Source: Macrostomum lignano
Lineage: Eukaryota
Assembly: GCA_002269645.1 (NCBI GenBank)
Contig: NIVC01001319.1
Location: 124,001 to 188,000, forward strand
DNA length: 64,000 nt
Reading direction: 5' to 3'
Positions 39,394-53,272 of the stretch are shown here, piece by piece; positions within the stretch are counted from its first letter, which is position 1, and the number at the start of each line of letters is the position of its first letter. The notes beneath the pieces were generated by a model. That model searched no databases, was not told the DNA's origin, and was given only the letters and a program-made list of their open reading frames with translations. The position numbers and the translations under genes were made by a program.

Positions 39394-42300
39394 TTGGAAA
39401 TCATCAATCAATTAGAATCCAACCAGTATGCGCTTATAAAAAATCCTGCAAAGGAACACCAAGAGAGGAGTCGCAACTTAGTTAACAAATACGAAACTCT
39501 CACTGGTGAAAAAGCAAAGTATCCACAAAATAAGCAGGAACAAGAGAAATTACAGCAATTAATTCATTTAAAAGAGTCGGAGCTTGCCACTGAAGAGATT
39601 AATTTTGCACAGAGAATGTTTACAGAACATTACATAGAGTACACAATCCCAATTAACGACACCAACCATATTACTGACACCAACGGCACCACCGCAAACA
39701 TCGACGACTATAAAGACAGCATCCAATCAGTTGTTGATCACGCACTCAAAACACGCAAGACATTTAAACTACAGATATCATTCAAGATTGCGTTTTATAT
39801 GCCTGCAAAACCCACTGAGCATCTCGAGTATTACATGACAACAAAGGCAAGCCATTCACCCCTGCAAACACACTGGATCCTTTCCTTCAAGTTGTCACTA
39901 AAAAAATTGAAGCGTTTACATCCAGAAGTTCTGGATGGGTCGTGGGAGGGATTCAAAGAGCGACTGTCATGGTCATGAAATATGACCCACTTAAAGCCTC
40001 CTCTTATATAGAGCTCCCGCATAAGCTAGCTGGCAAAAAGCTTGCATAAATGTTAAAAATAAAGACAATTGCTGTGCGCTATGGGCAGTTCTTTCTGCAC
40101 TTCTTCGTGATAGTGTCCTTCACCACCCCGAAAGAACCTCAAATTATCAAAATTATTTCAACTACTATATCATCCAATGCGAAAAGAAGGGAATCGTGTT
40201 TGACAAAGGAGGCTTGGCGATCTCTCAGATCCCTAAGCTAGAAGAAGTGTTTAATAACAAAATTAGAATCACAGTCTTTGAGTGGAGTTAAAAAACCGAG
40301 AAAGTTCAACCGGTCAGATGTAGCAAAGACGTTTTAGATCCTGAGGGGAAAAGGCGGACTGAAGTGGATCTTCTAGTGATTGGTAATTTACTAGAGGAGG
40401 CTCACTATGTTTGGATTAAAGATCTTTCAAGACTCATTCACAAGCAGTTGAATAATCATCGCGTGGCTGTTGCCATCTGCCGCTTGTGCCTTAAGCATTA
40501 CAGTGGACCTGAGCGCTTTGAAAAACTAACAGAGCATGAATTATCATGTGAAGATCACTCAACCAACTGTTCTCTTCCTTCAACTGAAGAGAAGTATCTC
40601 CGGTTTAAGAACTATCACAAGATGGAGAAGCTCCCATTTGTTGTATATGCTGATTTCGAATGCTCAATCATGCCAGAAACTCAAAGGCATATGCTACTTA
40701 ATTGGGGACATGTTTTTATTACCGTTACAAAAGGACTTTTTGAGTATAATTATTTTATTGGAGAGGAGTGTGTGGAGCAGTTTATTGCCAGAATGTTAGA
40801 GTTGCCAGAATGTAACCTGTTCCAATAATGATGACTGAGTAGGATGAAAGCAATTTCCTATCAGCAACTCATTGCCACTTCTGCAGGAAACAGTTAACTT
40901 GCACTAATATTAAAAACCCCACAGTTAGGGACCACTGCCACTATACTGGGAAATTTAGAGTTGCAGCACATAACACCTGTAATCTAAAGCTAAAATCGAA
41001 CATTCATGATCTAACGATATTTTTTCACAACGCAAAAAACTATGACATGCATTTAATATTTTAAAAAAATCGGCATGATTCCAGACATAAACCTTGATTG
41101 CATCGCATAGAACAAAGAGAAGTTTAAGTGTGTTGATATTAAACAGGATAATTCGGGTAAATGTGAAGGTTCGAGTGAAGGTAAAATAAGACTGAAGGAT
41201 TCATATCAATTTCTAGCTGCCAGTCTAGACGAACTAAGCAAGAATCTAAAAGATGAACAATGTACATATACAAAGATGTTTGCAAGTAAAATTAACAACA
41301 CTGATGAATCATTTAAACTTTTAAGAAAGAAAGGCTTCTACCCCTATGAAAATATTACTGGGTATCACGTATTTGAAGAAGGTTTACCAGCACAGGAGAA
41401 GTTCTTTTCAAAGCTAACAGACTCTGGAATCTCTGACAAAGACTATGAGCGCGCGAAGCATGTCTATAATTACTTTAATTGTCAAAACTTCTTCCAGTAT
41501 CACCTGCTTTACCTCTTCACAGATGTTTTTCTGCTGGCTGATGTGTTTGAAACCTTCAGATATACCTGGTACACAGCATATGGCCTCGATCCAGCACATT
41601 ATGTGTCTCTGCCTGCCACTAGCTGGGAATCTTTGCTTAAAATGAAATGGGATCAAGATCCAGATTGGTAAATTGAACTTCTTACAGATATTGACATGTT
41701 CGTACAATTTTGTCGAATCGTCAAAGCGAGGGGGAATCTCAATTTGCGTTAACAGGTATGCAAAAGCAAACAATCCCTACATTGAATCTTACAATAAGGA
41801 GCAGCCCTCAAACTACATTACTTACTTGGATGCTAATAATCTCTACGGGTGGGCGATGAGTCAAGATCTTCCAGTTAGAGATTTTCGATGGCTATCTGAA
41901 TTCAAATACGACTTTTCTGAATTCAAATGGGACTTTTCTGAATTCAAATAGGACTTTTCAATACCCGGCATTTATGAGGTTTATGTTTACATTCCACCAG
42001 AGCTTCACGACTATTTCTGTGACTTTCCACCCTTCCCAGAGAACATCAAGTGCCCGAAAATAATCGAAACTCTTAATGGAACTTGGCACCTATCAGGAAC
42101 AGAAAAAGAACATACAGAGAAACTAGCAGAATCTAAACAACAAGACACGTTACAAAATCCATTACAAACTGCTTCAGTATTTTATCTCACTTGGTTGCAG
42201 GGTCACTAAAGTTCACAGGGCTCTTACATTTACAGAGGAAGCGTGGATGAAACCCTACATTGATAAGAACACCCAGTTTAGGACCAAAGCAACCAAAGAC

Positions 42301-42660
42301 TTTGACAAGAACCTCTTTTAGTTGGCCAACAACTCTGTCTATGGCATGACTCTTGAGAATGAGCGGAAAAGAACAAACCTGAAACTTGTTACCTCATCAG
42401 AGCCTGCTGTTATTCAGGCAAATATGTCAAAGCCAACATTCAAAGAAATCCATATCTTTAATAGCTACTTAGGTGTGATCATATTTTACAAAACCAAGGT
42501 GACGCTGCGCAAACCGATATATACATGTGTCACTGTTCTCGACGAATCAAAACGTCTGATGTACCAGTTCTTATATGGCATGAAGCAGCAGTACAAGGAT
42601 AAAATGAAACTCTTGTACACTGACACAGACAGTTTTATTATGGACATTCAAACAGAAGAC
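39394..42660 (+). pseudogene. Protein-primed DNA polymerase B (Polinton), frameshifted and 3'-truncated
   Basis: HYVWIKDLSRL, LPFVVYADFEC, VRDHCHYTG, HNAKNYD, KKGFYPYE, DVFLLADVFETFR, YGLDPAHY, YLDANNLYGWAMS, NNSVYG, LLYTDTDS. Confidence 0.95.
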
Positions 42661-42899
42661 AATTCTATCATGCTATCTTTAATTGTATCATGCAGTGCTG
42701 TTGATTGAGTCATGAACTCTTCTAAATTCCTCACTTTACCTGTGTTGGTTGCAACGTTTTCTTTTATTCTGTCATGCAATGCTGTTGACTAGTTCATGAA
42801 CTCTTCTAAGTTGAAATATCGCCTGTCAAGGATAGATATTTGAGCTGATGTAAGAGCGCTGTTGCCAGAAATGGATTCACCTGCAAAATTAACAGACAT
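42660..42899 (-). pseudogene. 5' end of a Polinton repeat-containing ORF overlapping the ATPase stop
   Basis: MSVNFAGESISGNSALTSAQISILDRRYFNLEEFM followed by two repeats of about 87 bp; its ATG at 42899 overlaps the end of the ATPase. Confidence 0.5.
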
Positions 42900-43680
42900 T
42901 TATATTGACAAAATTTAAATCAGAATCTTTTTCTCCTTGTTGATCATGACAAACTGATAGGGTTGGTTCCACTTTTCATAGCATAGGTTAACAAATTCCT
43001 CTTGTGAAATCTTTCTGTTTGAGTTTTTTGTTGGATTTATAAAATGAGCAGGCGCAATGACCTCATTGTAAAATCTTTTTAGCCTGTCCTGAGGAATGGT
43101 TGGAAACAGGAGAATCAGATTGCAGTTCCCACGAATTGTTTTGTTCGGGAGCTCGAACCAGTTCTGTGCAATGTAAATTACATTGCAATTGTTATGTCGT
43201 CCTTTTGTAAAATAGTTTTTCTATCTGCTTCTGTCGGCCTGTCATACAATCATCAAAGACGATCAAATGCTTTCTCCCCTTTTCTAGCTCAACTGGTTGG
43301 GGTAGAAGTTTGGTCTTTGGATCAGCCTGGGGATCTTCATAGGTGAACACTTTACTGTTCTGCCATTTTTTCATTGTCTTTGATGTGCTTTGCATATTCG
43401 GCAGCTACAATTTCTAGGTTACTGGGAAGGTTTTGTTGGTTATTAAACATGCAATAATGTCCCCTTTTTTCAGCTTGTTTTGAAGCCCTGCAATCAGCAT
43501 TTTATACTCATCTTGATACAGTGTGGGAGAGTTGATGTGCAAAGTGTCATAGTCGATAAAGCCAGGTCTAAGAAGCATGTTAAAGACTCTGAATGTTTTA
43601 CCTGAACCTGATGAACCAACACCAATGCATCTGAAGTGACTCGGGATTGACTCGTGATGAGAAAACTTAATCTGATTACG
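42889..43680 (-). pseudogene. A32/FtsK-like DNA packaging ATPase, frameshifted
   Basis: Walker A GSSGSGKT (43594-43617), Walker B LIVFDD, RHNNCNVIYIAQ..ELPNKTIRGNCN. Confidence 0.92.
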
Positions 43681-43757
43681 CTTTCAGTGAGGATTGAAGT
43701 CGTTTGAAAAGTCTATTTTTTCTACGATAAAAAATTAAATAATAAAGCATTTAAAAT

Positions 43758-43920
43758 ATGTCATTTTGGGACTTAGATGTGTCATTTTGGGACCTTAGAT
43801 GTGTCATTTCGGGACTTAGATGTGTCATTTCGGGACTTAGATGTGTCATTTTGGGACTTAGATGTGTCATTTTTGGGACTTAGATGTGTCGTTTTGGGAC
43901 TTTGATGTTTCATTTTGGGA
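43758..43920. repeat. Tandem repeat of about 21 bp (TGTCATTTTGGGACTTAGATG), about 8 copies
   Basis: Read directly. Confidence 0.95.
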
Positions 43921-44013
43921 CGAGTCTTGTACCTTTACATTTCTTTTACCCTCGGAAAGTACCCTTTAGTCAAATTTGAAACCACTTCCTTTTTTAATGC
44001 TAGCTCTCATCTT

Positions 44014-44880
44014 TTAAATCGCAGGGTCCACACTGTCTGGATTGTGGGCCAGCGGGGCCAGCGGAGCCGGCGGCTGAATCTCTTGTTTAGGTGTTACAGT
44101 ATCCTTTATCTTTTTAGCTTCTGTGACTACACTGCCAGCCGCTTCGGCAACGTTCTTGATGTTCTCTTTGTTCTCTCTAATGACCTTAAAAATCTTGGCC
44201 CCCTGAGCGATCAAATCGGCAAGGCCATTCCCAGAGCGTTCTTTTCTTGGATAGTGGCCTGCAGGGACAAGTCCAGATCCGCGTTTAATGAGATTAAGTT
44301 CCTCTTTTTCATAGTATTTGCCAATTCTTTTTCGAAAATAAGTGGCATTTTTACTTGAAATAATTTTTTTTGTTAAAACGTGAAAGCAGAGGCTCTCTCG
44401 CCCTCTTATCGATGTATTTTCTCTCAAGCATTTTATTGAGGATATGAACGAACTCTTTTCTATTCTCATCTTTCATTCCAGTCTTTGCCGCTCCCAGGAG
44501 AACAACTAGCCGCTTGTAGACTTCAGGCATGCCTTTTCCGGAAGAGCTTGGCGGTGATTCGAATGATTGGTCAGAGGAGGATGTTCCTGGTGAGGGTTGC
44601 TGAAGCTGCTCTAATTAGAGCTGCTCTAATTGTCGCCAAGTCTCAGGATTTGTATCTTTGTACTGCAAAACAAGATCCGGGTCTACGGTGTCAATTTTAT
44701 CAAGTACTTGTTCAACCTGGGTTTTTTGTTGCTGTGGAGGCGGAGGTTGTTGTTGTTGTGGTTGTTGCTGTGGTTGTTGTGGTTGCTGCTGTGGTTGTGG
44801 TTATTGTGGTTGTTGTGGTTGTTGCTGTGGTTGTGGTTGTGGTTGTTGTTGTTGTGGCTGTTTTCTTATGACCTTTTCTT
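44014..44880 (-). pseudogene. Two uncharacterised Polinton-type ORF remnants, the upstream one with a Gln/Pro tract
   Basis: 44351-44880: QPQQ tract (repeat at 44740-44860), then KRLVVLLGAAKTG..ENRKEFVHILNKMLERKYI. 44014-44330: GSGL...GNGLADLIAQGAKIFK..KNVAEAAG. Confidence 0.5.
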
Positions 44881-45064
44881 GATCCAGCACACCAAACCGG
44901 AAGTAAGTTTTACACTTGGCAAGGACGTCTTTCCAAGTCTACAGAGTTGAAGAAAACTGAAGCCGGATACCTCAACCGCGCTCGGTTCTGTTTTGGTCAA
45001 AGGGATAAAGTGCTTTGCAGAAAGTTTGATTCTCATGAGCCAGGAAGACAAAAAATTGACAGCC

Positions 45065-45270
45065 GAAGACCTGTCGACTTCTGCTGGCCCCTGTCGGCGC
45101 CTGTCGACCTTTGCCGGTCTCTGACGGCGTCTGTCGACCTCTGCCGGCCCTGTCGGCGCCTTTCGACCTCTACCGGCCTCTGTCGGCGCCTGTGGACCTC
45201 TGCTGCCTCTGTCGGTGTCTGTCGCTCTCTGCCGGCCCCTGTCGGTGTCTGTCGGCCTCTGTCGACCCTT
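45065..45270. repeat. GC-rich minisatellite of CTGTCGGC/CTGTCGAC units (period about 30 bp)
   Basis: Read directly. Confidence 0.85.
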
Positions 45271-45813
45271 GCTGGTTGTCGTGCTGTAACTGGTGACTGC
45301 CGGTTGGCACTCAAGCGCCCTCATCAAGTTGACCATTGGTCCGTAGGTTGCCCTGCTCAGTTATTAATTCGCGTTTCGTTAAATTTTTGTCAATCGTGCC
45401 AAGTTTAAATTTTTCAAAATTAAATGAAGTCAATTTTCTCAATACATTCGGTTTGCATTCGATGATTGTTTTTTTGGCAGGGGCGGGAGTAACGTCGTCC
45501 CTTCTGTTATTGCAAACTGCAAATTTTATATTTAGGATATCTTTTGGAGTTAATATTGAAACCTATTATTACTTTGGTCCAATGTTTATTTCGATTTTCT
45601 ATTTATTTTTCTTATTAAGTTATAACTTTGTTTATTTATTTTCAGTAAGTGCGTCTTTTCAAAATTGGCTTCTTGTTAGATTTTATCGTTGGATTTTCTC
45701 GCGCGCTGGGTGTTAGTCTCCCGTAGTCTTGGCATCAGCCTTATATTGGTCGTCTCAGATTGACTTACATTTAGCCATGCGTAAATAGTTGTCATTGCCA
45801 CACTGCTACTAAC

Positions 45814-48800
45814 TGTTATGCCTTATGATTCGTTAATGCAGCCAATACGTATGTGCTTAATCTGTGTCTATGTCCAAACTTTGTTAATCCTTCGAGTTGT
45901 AAGCTAGTATATCAATACCATCTTTCAGAGTATATGCCTTCTTTCAAGTCCGAAATACAAGCGCTCGATTTGGCTTGGCCGCAAGCACGACCATGCCCCT
46001 AAACTCTCATTGACTGACAACTAAATATCCTTGTGCTCCATATAAGTAGCCATCATGACAATGGCGTCGCATCTTGGCAACCTGGACCTGAGCAACGCTG
46101 AGCGAGCACTGACATGGCTGAAAGCTTTCAAGGCTCTGGCCCGCGCCAAGAAGTGGGTGGATTCGGCGGAATCGAAAACCATCGCAGACAACTTTGTGGC
46201 CTCCTGTGGACTAGCCAGCCTTGAGAAGATTACGCACCTGGTGGCTCCAACTGAAATTGAGAATGTATCGTTCCAAGAGCTGGAGACTGCGATCATGGCC
46301 TACCTGCAGCCCAAGAAGCGTCTGGTGGTGGCTGAACGGACGAAGTTCTTTGCCCTCCGTCAGAGCAGAGACGAATCTATCGCAGATTTTCTTTCTTGCC
46401 TGAGGAAGGCGGCGGCCCATTGCGAGTTTGATAAACTGAAGGATTGCCAAAGCCCGGAGGAAGAAATGGTACTGCTGGCACTATTGGCGAGGATGTGCAA
46501 CGTTGATCATCAACGGCGTGTGCTCGGCACGATGCAGGACACCGCTAAGGAGTTATCAATCTCGGACATCGTCGATCACGTCCGGAACCTGGAGCAGGTC
46601 ACAAAATTTGTGGAGCGTAACGAGACATCCGGAATGCCACCGACTACAGAAAAAGTCGGCTGCGGCGGGGTCGAAGGAGTTGTGCATTTTGCCAAGGCCG
46701 GCCATCCACCGAACGCTGCGAACACTCAGGCTCGTAAAATCCTTGATTGCAAGTACTGTGGCAGATCTCACATCGCAGGTATGTGCCCTGCCTACGGAAA
46801 GACATGCACAAAATGTAACAAGCGCAACAATTTCGCCTCGGTGTGCCGCTCCAAAGTTTCATCGGGGAAAGGTGTTCATCATGCAGAGGCCACGTTCAAC
46901 GATTCGAACTCTGATTGCCCCGATCTTCTCCATCTCTCTGCTGCGGGCCAAGTACACGCTATTTCAGAGGCCTCCGAGACCATGCTACTCGATGGAGTCA
47001 AGATCCCCATGCAGGTGGACACTGGTGCTTCCGTCTCTGTGCTGTCATCGAAGATATGGGACAACCTGAATCAGCCGAAGCTGGAAAAGTGCAATCGGCG
47101 GCTAGAAGCGTACGATGGGCACAGCCTGAAGACGCTGGGAAAGCTTGTAGCGGTTGTCGAGCTGCGTAAACGATTGCACCCGGTAGAGCTTATGGTTGTT
47201 TCATCCTCAAAACCATTCGGCCTTTTGGGGAGAGACTTGCTAGACTCTGATGCCCTCTTCCACGCCTCCGCCGTTCCGGAACCGCCTAAAGTGGAGCCCC
47301 TGCCAACAATCAAGGGCGTTAAAGCCCACATGGAGCTTGTTGAGGGGGCCAAGCCCCAGTTCTGCCGCGCTCGTCCTATCCCACTAGCCATGGAGGAGCA
47401 GATCAATGCTGAGCTGGACAAGCTGCAACAGCTGGGTGTTATCGAGCCTGTGGAAGGGCCGGTAAGTAATGCGTCTCCCGTGGTATGGGTGAAAAAGTCC
47501 GATGGTTCGCTCAGAATGTGTGCTGATTACAAGGTGCATGTAAATGCAAAGATTAAGTCCGAGTCTTATCCTATTCCTTCCACTGAGCATCTTTTTGCAA
47601 AACTGAAAAATGCTAAGAAATTTGCCAAAGTGGATCTGCGATCAGCGTATTGGCAGATCGCTCTTGACGAGGATGCGCAAGAGCTTTCAACAATAAACAC
47701 CTCCCGCGGACTCTATCGCGTCAAGCGATTGCAAATGGGCATGAAGAATGCCTCGTTCATATTTCAAAGGACGATGGAGAACATCCTGGCGGACTTAAAA
47801 GGCATCCTCGTCTACCAAGATGACGTCCTTGTATTTGCTGAGAATGCTGACTCGCTTGGCAAGCGGCTGAGCGCAGTCAAGACCAGGCTGTTAGAAAAGA
47901 AAGTAAGCATCAATGAGAAAAAGTGTATAGATTTATGCGACGAGATCACCTTCCTTGGCTTCAAGATCTCGCCAGCCGGAATTTGGCCTGATGACAAGCT
48001 GGTGGAGAAGATTCGGCACGTTGCCTGACCGACATCCAGAAAGGAAATCGAGCAGTTTCTGGGTCTTGTCAACTTTTTTGGACGCTTGATCCCGGAGTTC
48101 TCTTCCAAGGTTGCACCTCTGAATCGGCTGCGAAAGCCCAACACTCCTTTTGTCTGGTCGGGTGACTGCACCCAGGCCTTCGAGAGCTTGAAGAAGGAAA
48201 TTTCAACGAGACCGGTGGTACAACCCTACAGCCTTGAGAAAGAGGTTACGTTGACAACAGATGCTTCCAAAGGGGCGCTGGCTGGTGTTCTGACTCAAGA
48301 AGGGCACCCAGTTATCTTTATATCCAGGACACTTTCACAGGCGGAGGAGAATTATTCGAACATCGAGAGGGAGGCCCTTGCCATTTTTTGGGCTGTGTGC
48401 CGGCTAAAGCACTACCTTCAGGGCCGGAGGTTCACGATCCAGACAGACCACCAGCCACTGCTGCGGCTTTTCGGAGGTGCGATTCCTACAAGCACTTCGG
48501 CAAGAATCAGCCGATGGGCTTTGTATTTGATGCAGTTTGACTTCACGATTAAATATGTTCCAGGAGCAAGAATCCCGCATGCCGATGCTCTATCGCGGCT
48601 CCCGTTCATCAAGACAGAACCTGAGCCGAAGGCAACTTTCACTGAGATTAACTGTGTAGCATTCGAGTCCCCTAAGCTAGACCCTCAGCGCATTGCATTC
48701 GAGCTAGCTGCTGACTCTCTGGCCCAGCGGGTACTCAGGCGGGTCCGGTCGGGCAACTGGAAAAACTGCTCAGAAGCCGAGCTGCCTTTCAAAAAGGTCT

Positions 48801-50190
48801 CCGAGTGCCTGACAATCGAGGATGGTATGTTGCATATGAAGAGGCGTGTCTTCATCCCACCCCGTCTGCGATTAGAGGCATTCAATTCGGTCCACGATAC
48901 TCACTCAGGGGTTTCCGCAACCTTTAATCTGCTGTCACTGACCTGCTGGTGGCCTGGCATGCACCAGGACGTTGAAAAGTTTGTACACCAATGTTCAGCT
49001 TGCGCAAAACTAAGACCGCGTCTAATGAAATCACGTGACACCTGGCCCCAAGCCTTGAGCCTGCTCCAAAGGATTCACATCGACTGGGCCTTTGTGCCTG
49101 AAGCAGGAAACGTTCTAATAGTTGTGGATGCTTTTTCCGGATGGATCGAGGCATTCCCTACCAAGGACAGGTCTGCGAACAGTGTCGTGAAGTGCCTCCG
49201 AACCGTTTTTTGCCGATTTGGTGTTCCAGAGGTTGTTGTGTCCGACAACGGTGCCGAATTCACATCCGAAACGCTGTTGAGCTGGCTGCAGGCCAACGGA
49301 GCGCGAAAATTAGAAACGCCACCTTACTCACCGCAATCGAACGGCGCGGCCGAGCGTGCCGTGCAGACAGTGAAGCGAGCCCTACGGGCATGGACACAGC
49401 GCCTCACGCATTGCGACTTCATTTCCTATTTACAGAAGGTGCTCCTGCACCATCGCAACTCCTCACTGTCGCGCGGAAAGCGACCGGCTGAGCTACTCTT
49501 CGGACGCCCTCTCCGTGTCCCGGTCGTGTCTGCGTTTCAGCAGGGTGACTGTGTGGTCTACAGGCCTAACGCTGACACTCCGCCCTCCAAGGCCGAGTTT
49601 CTGATGTCGCGCGGGCACAACACCTCCTGGCTGCTGGACGAAGACAAGCTGCGACTGGCGAGCAACATTCAACTCGCACCTTTTTTGATGGCTGAGGAGG
49701 AGGAGGAGGAGGGCGCTACCGGAGATCCTGAACAAGATGAGCAGCAGCAGCCCGCAGAAGATCATCAGGAAGCTGCGGCGCTGCGAAGGAGCACCCGCAC
49801 CCGCCGCGTGCCTGACCGCTTCCTGCCATGATTTACTGCTGCAAAGTTCCTGATTGCTCTGAAATTTTATAAACGCTTCTCATAATTCATGTTGCTCATA
49901 ATGTTCTACGTTTTGAATTCAATCTCGTTCACATAGGGGGACATGTTATGCCTTATGATTCGTTAATGCAGCCAATACGTATGTGCTTAATCTGTGTCTA
50001 TGTCCAAACTTTGTTAATCCTTCGAGTTGTAAGCTAGTATATCAATACCATCTTTCAGAGTATATGCCTTCTTTCAAGTCCGAAATACAAGCGCTCGATT
50101 TGGCTTGGCCGCAAGCACGACCATGCCCCTAAACTCTTATTGACTGACAACTAAATATCCTTGTGCTCCATATAAGTAGCCATCATGACA
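45814..50190 (+). mobile_element. Full-length Gypsy (Mag-like) LTR retrotransposon, 4377 bp
   Basis: 247-bp LTRs (45814-46060 and 49944-50190), TG...CA, differing at one site (46008 C vs 50138 T); 5-bp TSD CTAAC; PBS TGGCGTCGC at 46062; PPT AGGGGGA at 49935-49941. Confidence 0.98.
46061..49831 (+). CDS. Gag-Pol polyprotein with a single in-frame TGA at 48026-48028
   Basis: Tandem zinc knuckles, protease VDTGAS, RT VYQDDV, RNase H TTDAS/EREALA/TDHQPL, integrase HHCC and D-D-E (HIDWA, SDNG, AERAV); the frame continues across the stop. Confidence 0.95.
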
Positions 50191-53100
50191 CTAACATTAT
50201 TATTTAGACTAGTAGTAGTATTGTTTTTAATAATTGAACTACACTGGTTTAGATAAACGCTCAGCACGCGCACCATTACTACGGCATTAGTGCTAGTCCA
50301 CATTTATAAAATAAACTTCGCCACAACTTCTCATCCTCGAAACATCGTATCGTCGCACTGGAATGGTTTGGTGATGGCGTGATTTTAGTATATTTTATAC
50401 AACTACATGTGCATACAAAATGTTCTAGCCATGTGAGGTACATTAAAGCTTGTATTCATATTACTTTGTAGCAAACAGGACTTGGTAAATGAAGAATGAA
50501 TTAGATTTATCAATGGTTATATTTTGTCGTTTACAAACTGTATATACGAGTACCTAGCTGGAACATGGATGAAGGAATTGATTGAACTTCCAAACAGACT
50601 CAGTTTTTTTCTCGTTTCTAGTCACTTTGCCTCCACTCCCCCGTGCTTTCTCATAGGGTGAGACAATGCGTCCATACATCATCACACGTGACTTTACACA
50701 AGGGAAATTGACTACTTTCCATGGAGCTTTCCAATGATCCCGAAATCGAAGGATATAAAATCGAAGGTTCGCTCTCAGACAAAGAAAAGACGCTGTGGGA
50801 AGCGGAAACAAAACTTTGAAGAACCAAAAGTAACTGCGTCCGATTGGCAATCCATTATATTCCTTCATTTATGAGCGGGAAACAGTTTCTCCTAACTTAC
50901 TACATATTTACTGCTAAGCAGTTAACACCAAAGGTAAAACTGCAGTTCACAATTCCTGAAAATTCAACTCACCAAGTTGACCAATCTTGTCGAATCTTTT
51001 TACTTGACCGGTTTGTGCTGCCGTTACTGATTACACTCACAAATTTTCGAGTACGCTTCGTGCTGAAACTAGCCTTTGAATACTTTAATTGCTCCATGCT
51101 CTGCTTTCCTACAACTCTATGCTTCGCCCCCGCCACCTTGCGCTTCGCTTCCTCCTGTTTGCGCTTTGCCTCCTTGGCGAGATTTTCCTTATGAAAAGTG
51201 AAGCTGTCCTAGTTTGCTTGATGCAGCATCATCATAAATGTTGCTAGAATCGTCTCGGTTGAGACGCCCGAAGAAATGTCCTGTCCCGGCTAACGTCGTG
51301 CAGCAGAGATTGTAGCTGAAAAATATTGGCAGGTAGAATGAGTGTAGGGCACACAAAACGTATGTTGAAAGAAGTTTATACTTCAAGATGCGAGTATGTT
51401 TCAATAGTCAGCCCTTCACATGTTCATACGAGTACATCAGAGTTTGGTGGTGCGCACGATGAAGACGTACCCTAGACAGTAATACAAATACTGGATAAAA
51501 AGTCAACATAATGTTGATAAGCACACTAACACAGTCGAGTGTGATACTGTGTATTGCCATGCAAACTGTTTCGAGATCTACATGAGGTTGATAAACACAA
51601 ACACAGTCGAGTGTGCTACTGTGCTTGGTCCATATATCTTTGAATAACTTTAAACAAATAGCCTTTAATCACCACATTGTTCAAATGTATAATGCCCTTT
51701 TTGGTTTATTAGAAATAGTCAGCAACTCATGTCTCGATCCACATGCATTTTTAAATAAAGAAGTAATTCAGAGAAAAAATGCTCATAAATTGGAAGAAAT
51801 ATCCTAGTGTTGTAGGTAGAGCTCATTGAAAATTTTAAATAACAAAGAATTTCAATGCAAGCTTCCCTTAGCAACTTATTTAAAAAATATAAAAAGTATA
51901 GCTAGAATATTACCAAGGCAAAATGTTTTAGCACTCTTGAATATTTTAGAATCTTTGGTACCATGCCATGATGCTCATGGCATAATTCCGAAGGAGTACA
52001 AAGTAAATTATTGAAACTTCCATATAATAAAAAATCTTTCTAATATCTAAAAGTTTATCTGAATGCTTCTTTTAAAGTGTACACTACGACTGAAGAGGCT
52101 TAAGTAAGAAAACGTTATATTAATGACAGTATTAGAAATTTATATTTCACACTATCCTGGAAAATTGTGAATAATTATTCAGCACAGGTAATTGTGGTAA
52201 TGTGTTACAAAGTGGTATGTGTTTCGGCACTGGAGCCGCAAGCGTGAATGCTTTATATTTCTCACTATTAAACGCGTTCGCTCCTCTTGCGGTAGTGAAT
52301 TTTTGCTCTGGGCCGATATTATAATAAAACAATAAACGTAGCGCGTACCAAAGACGGGGGGGGCTTGTGCCACAGACACTTCGTTGATCCTAAAGGTGCA
52401 TAAGAATTAATAAATTCTAACTCTAGCTATCTCGTCATGCGCCAGTAGGACTGAACTAGGTCGCGAATCTGGGCAGGACAAGGATGAAAGCTTCCTTCTG
52501 CAGCCGTCACATATGCCAGATGGAAGATATTATTGCTCTTCCTTGAAGTCTTCGTACACTGTTGTTTGAATCAGTTCAATCTGATGCTCCGTCAAAGGGC
52601 CACGCGCTCTTTGAAGACACATAGCATACATTGACTGGAGATTTTCTTTGCGGTTTCTTTTCTTTGGCATTGTAGCTGATGATGAGTAAAAACAAGAAAA
52701 TTGTTTGGACAATATTTAACAAATTATCAATCAAAACAAACATTTTAAAATGCTCTAAATATCATTTACATCACCATAAATTGAGCAACTGCTCATGAAT
52801 TATGCATAAAGGGATCAATAAAAAGAATGTACAAATTGTATGTGTGATTACAGGCAAAATTTTTCATTTTGCCATTTAATCGCGGCGGGTTGAATGTATA
52901 TTTTTTTATCGATTAAAAGTCAGGTGATTTTATTGCATATTTCATGATAGTGGCAGTAAATAGACTTTTTAAGCATAGTCATTCTGTCACAGAGCTTCAA
53001 TTGATCTGAATGGACTGTACAATATTTGTTATCTTCTCTAATTTAGAGAATCAAACTTATTTATATAGAGGCCAATTCTTTATGCTGTCTAAGAATGTAA

Positions 53101-53272
53101 AACATAGCATGAACATAGCATGTACAACAATGTACAAGCAATATACAACATAGCAGTACAACATAGCATCGACAAATGAGCCCGTCCCAGTCTCCCAGAT
53201 CTATGGGGTGCCTTTTAATTCGAATTGAGAGCCCTAAATTTAGTTCGAAGTTTAAGTAAACTTTAGGTTAAC

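Larger units (their letters stand above)
33755..45400. mobile_element. Rearranged Polinton/Maverick (adintovirus-like) remnant
   Basis: Co-located integrase, pPolB, packaging ATPase, minor capsid C-terminus and pX-like ORF; termini not identified. Confidence 0.88.

Noticed and set aside
44485-44950. Poly-Val, poly-Cys/Gly and Leu/Trp ORFs on the plus strand
   Set aside because: They are antisense readings of the minus-strand Gln/Pro repeat.
50209-50220. AGTAGTAGTA as a Polinton terminus
   Set aside because: The orientation is wrong for the right end of the adjacent remnant, and no matching TIR or 6-bp TSD was found.
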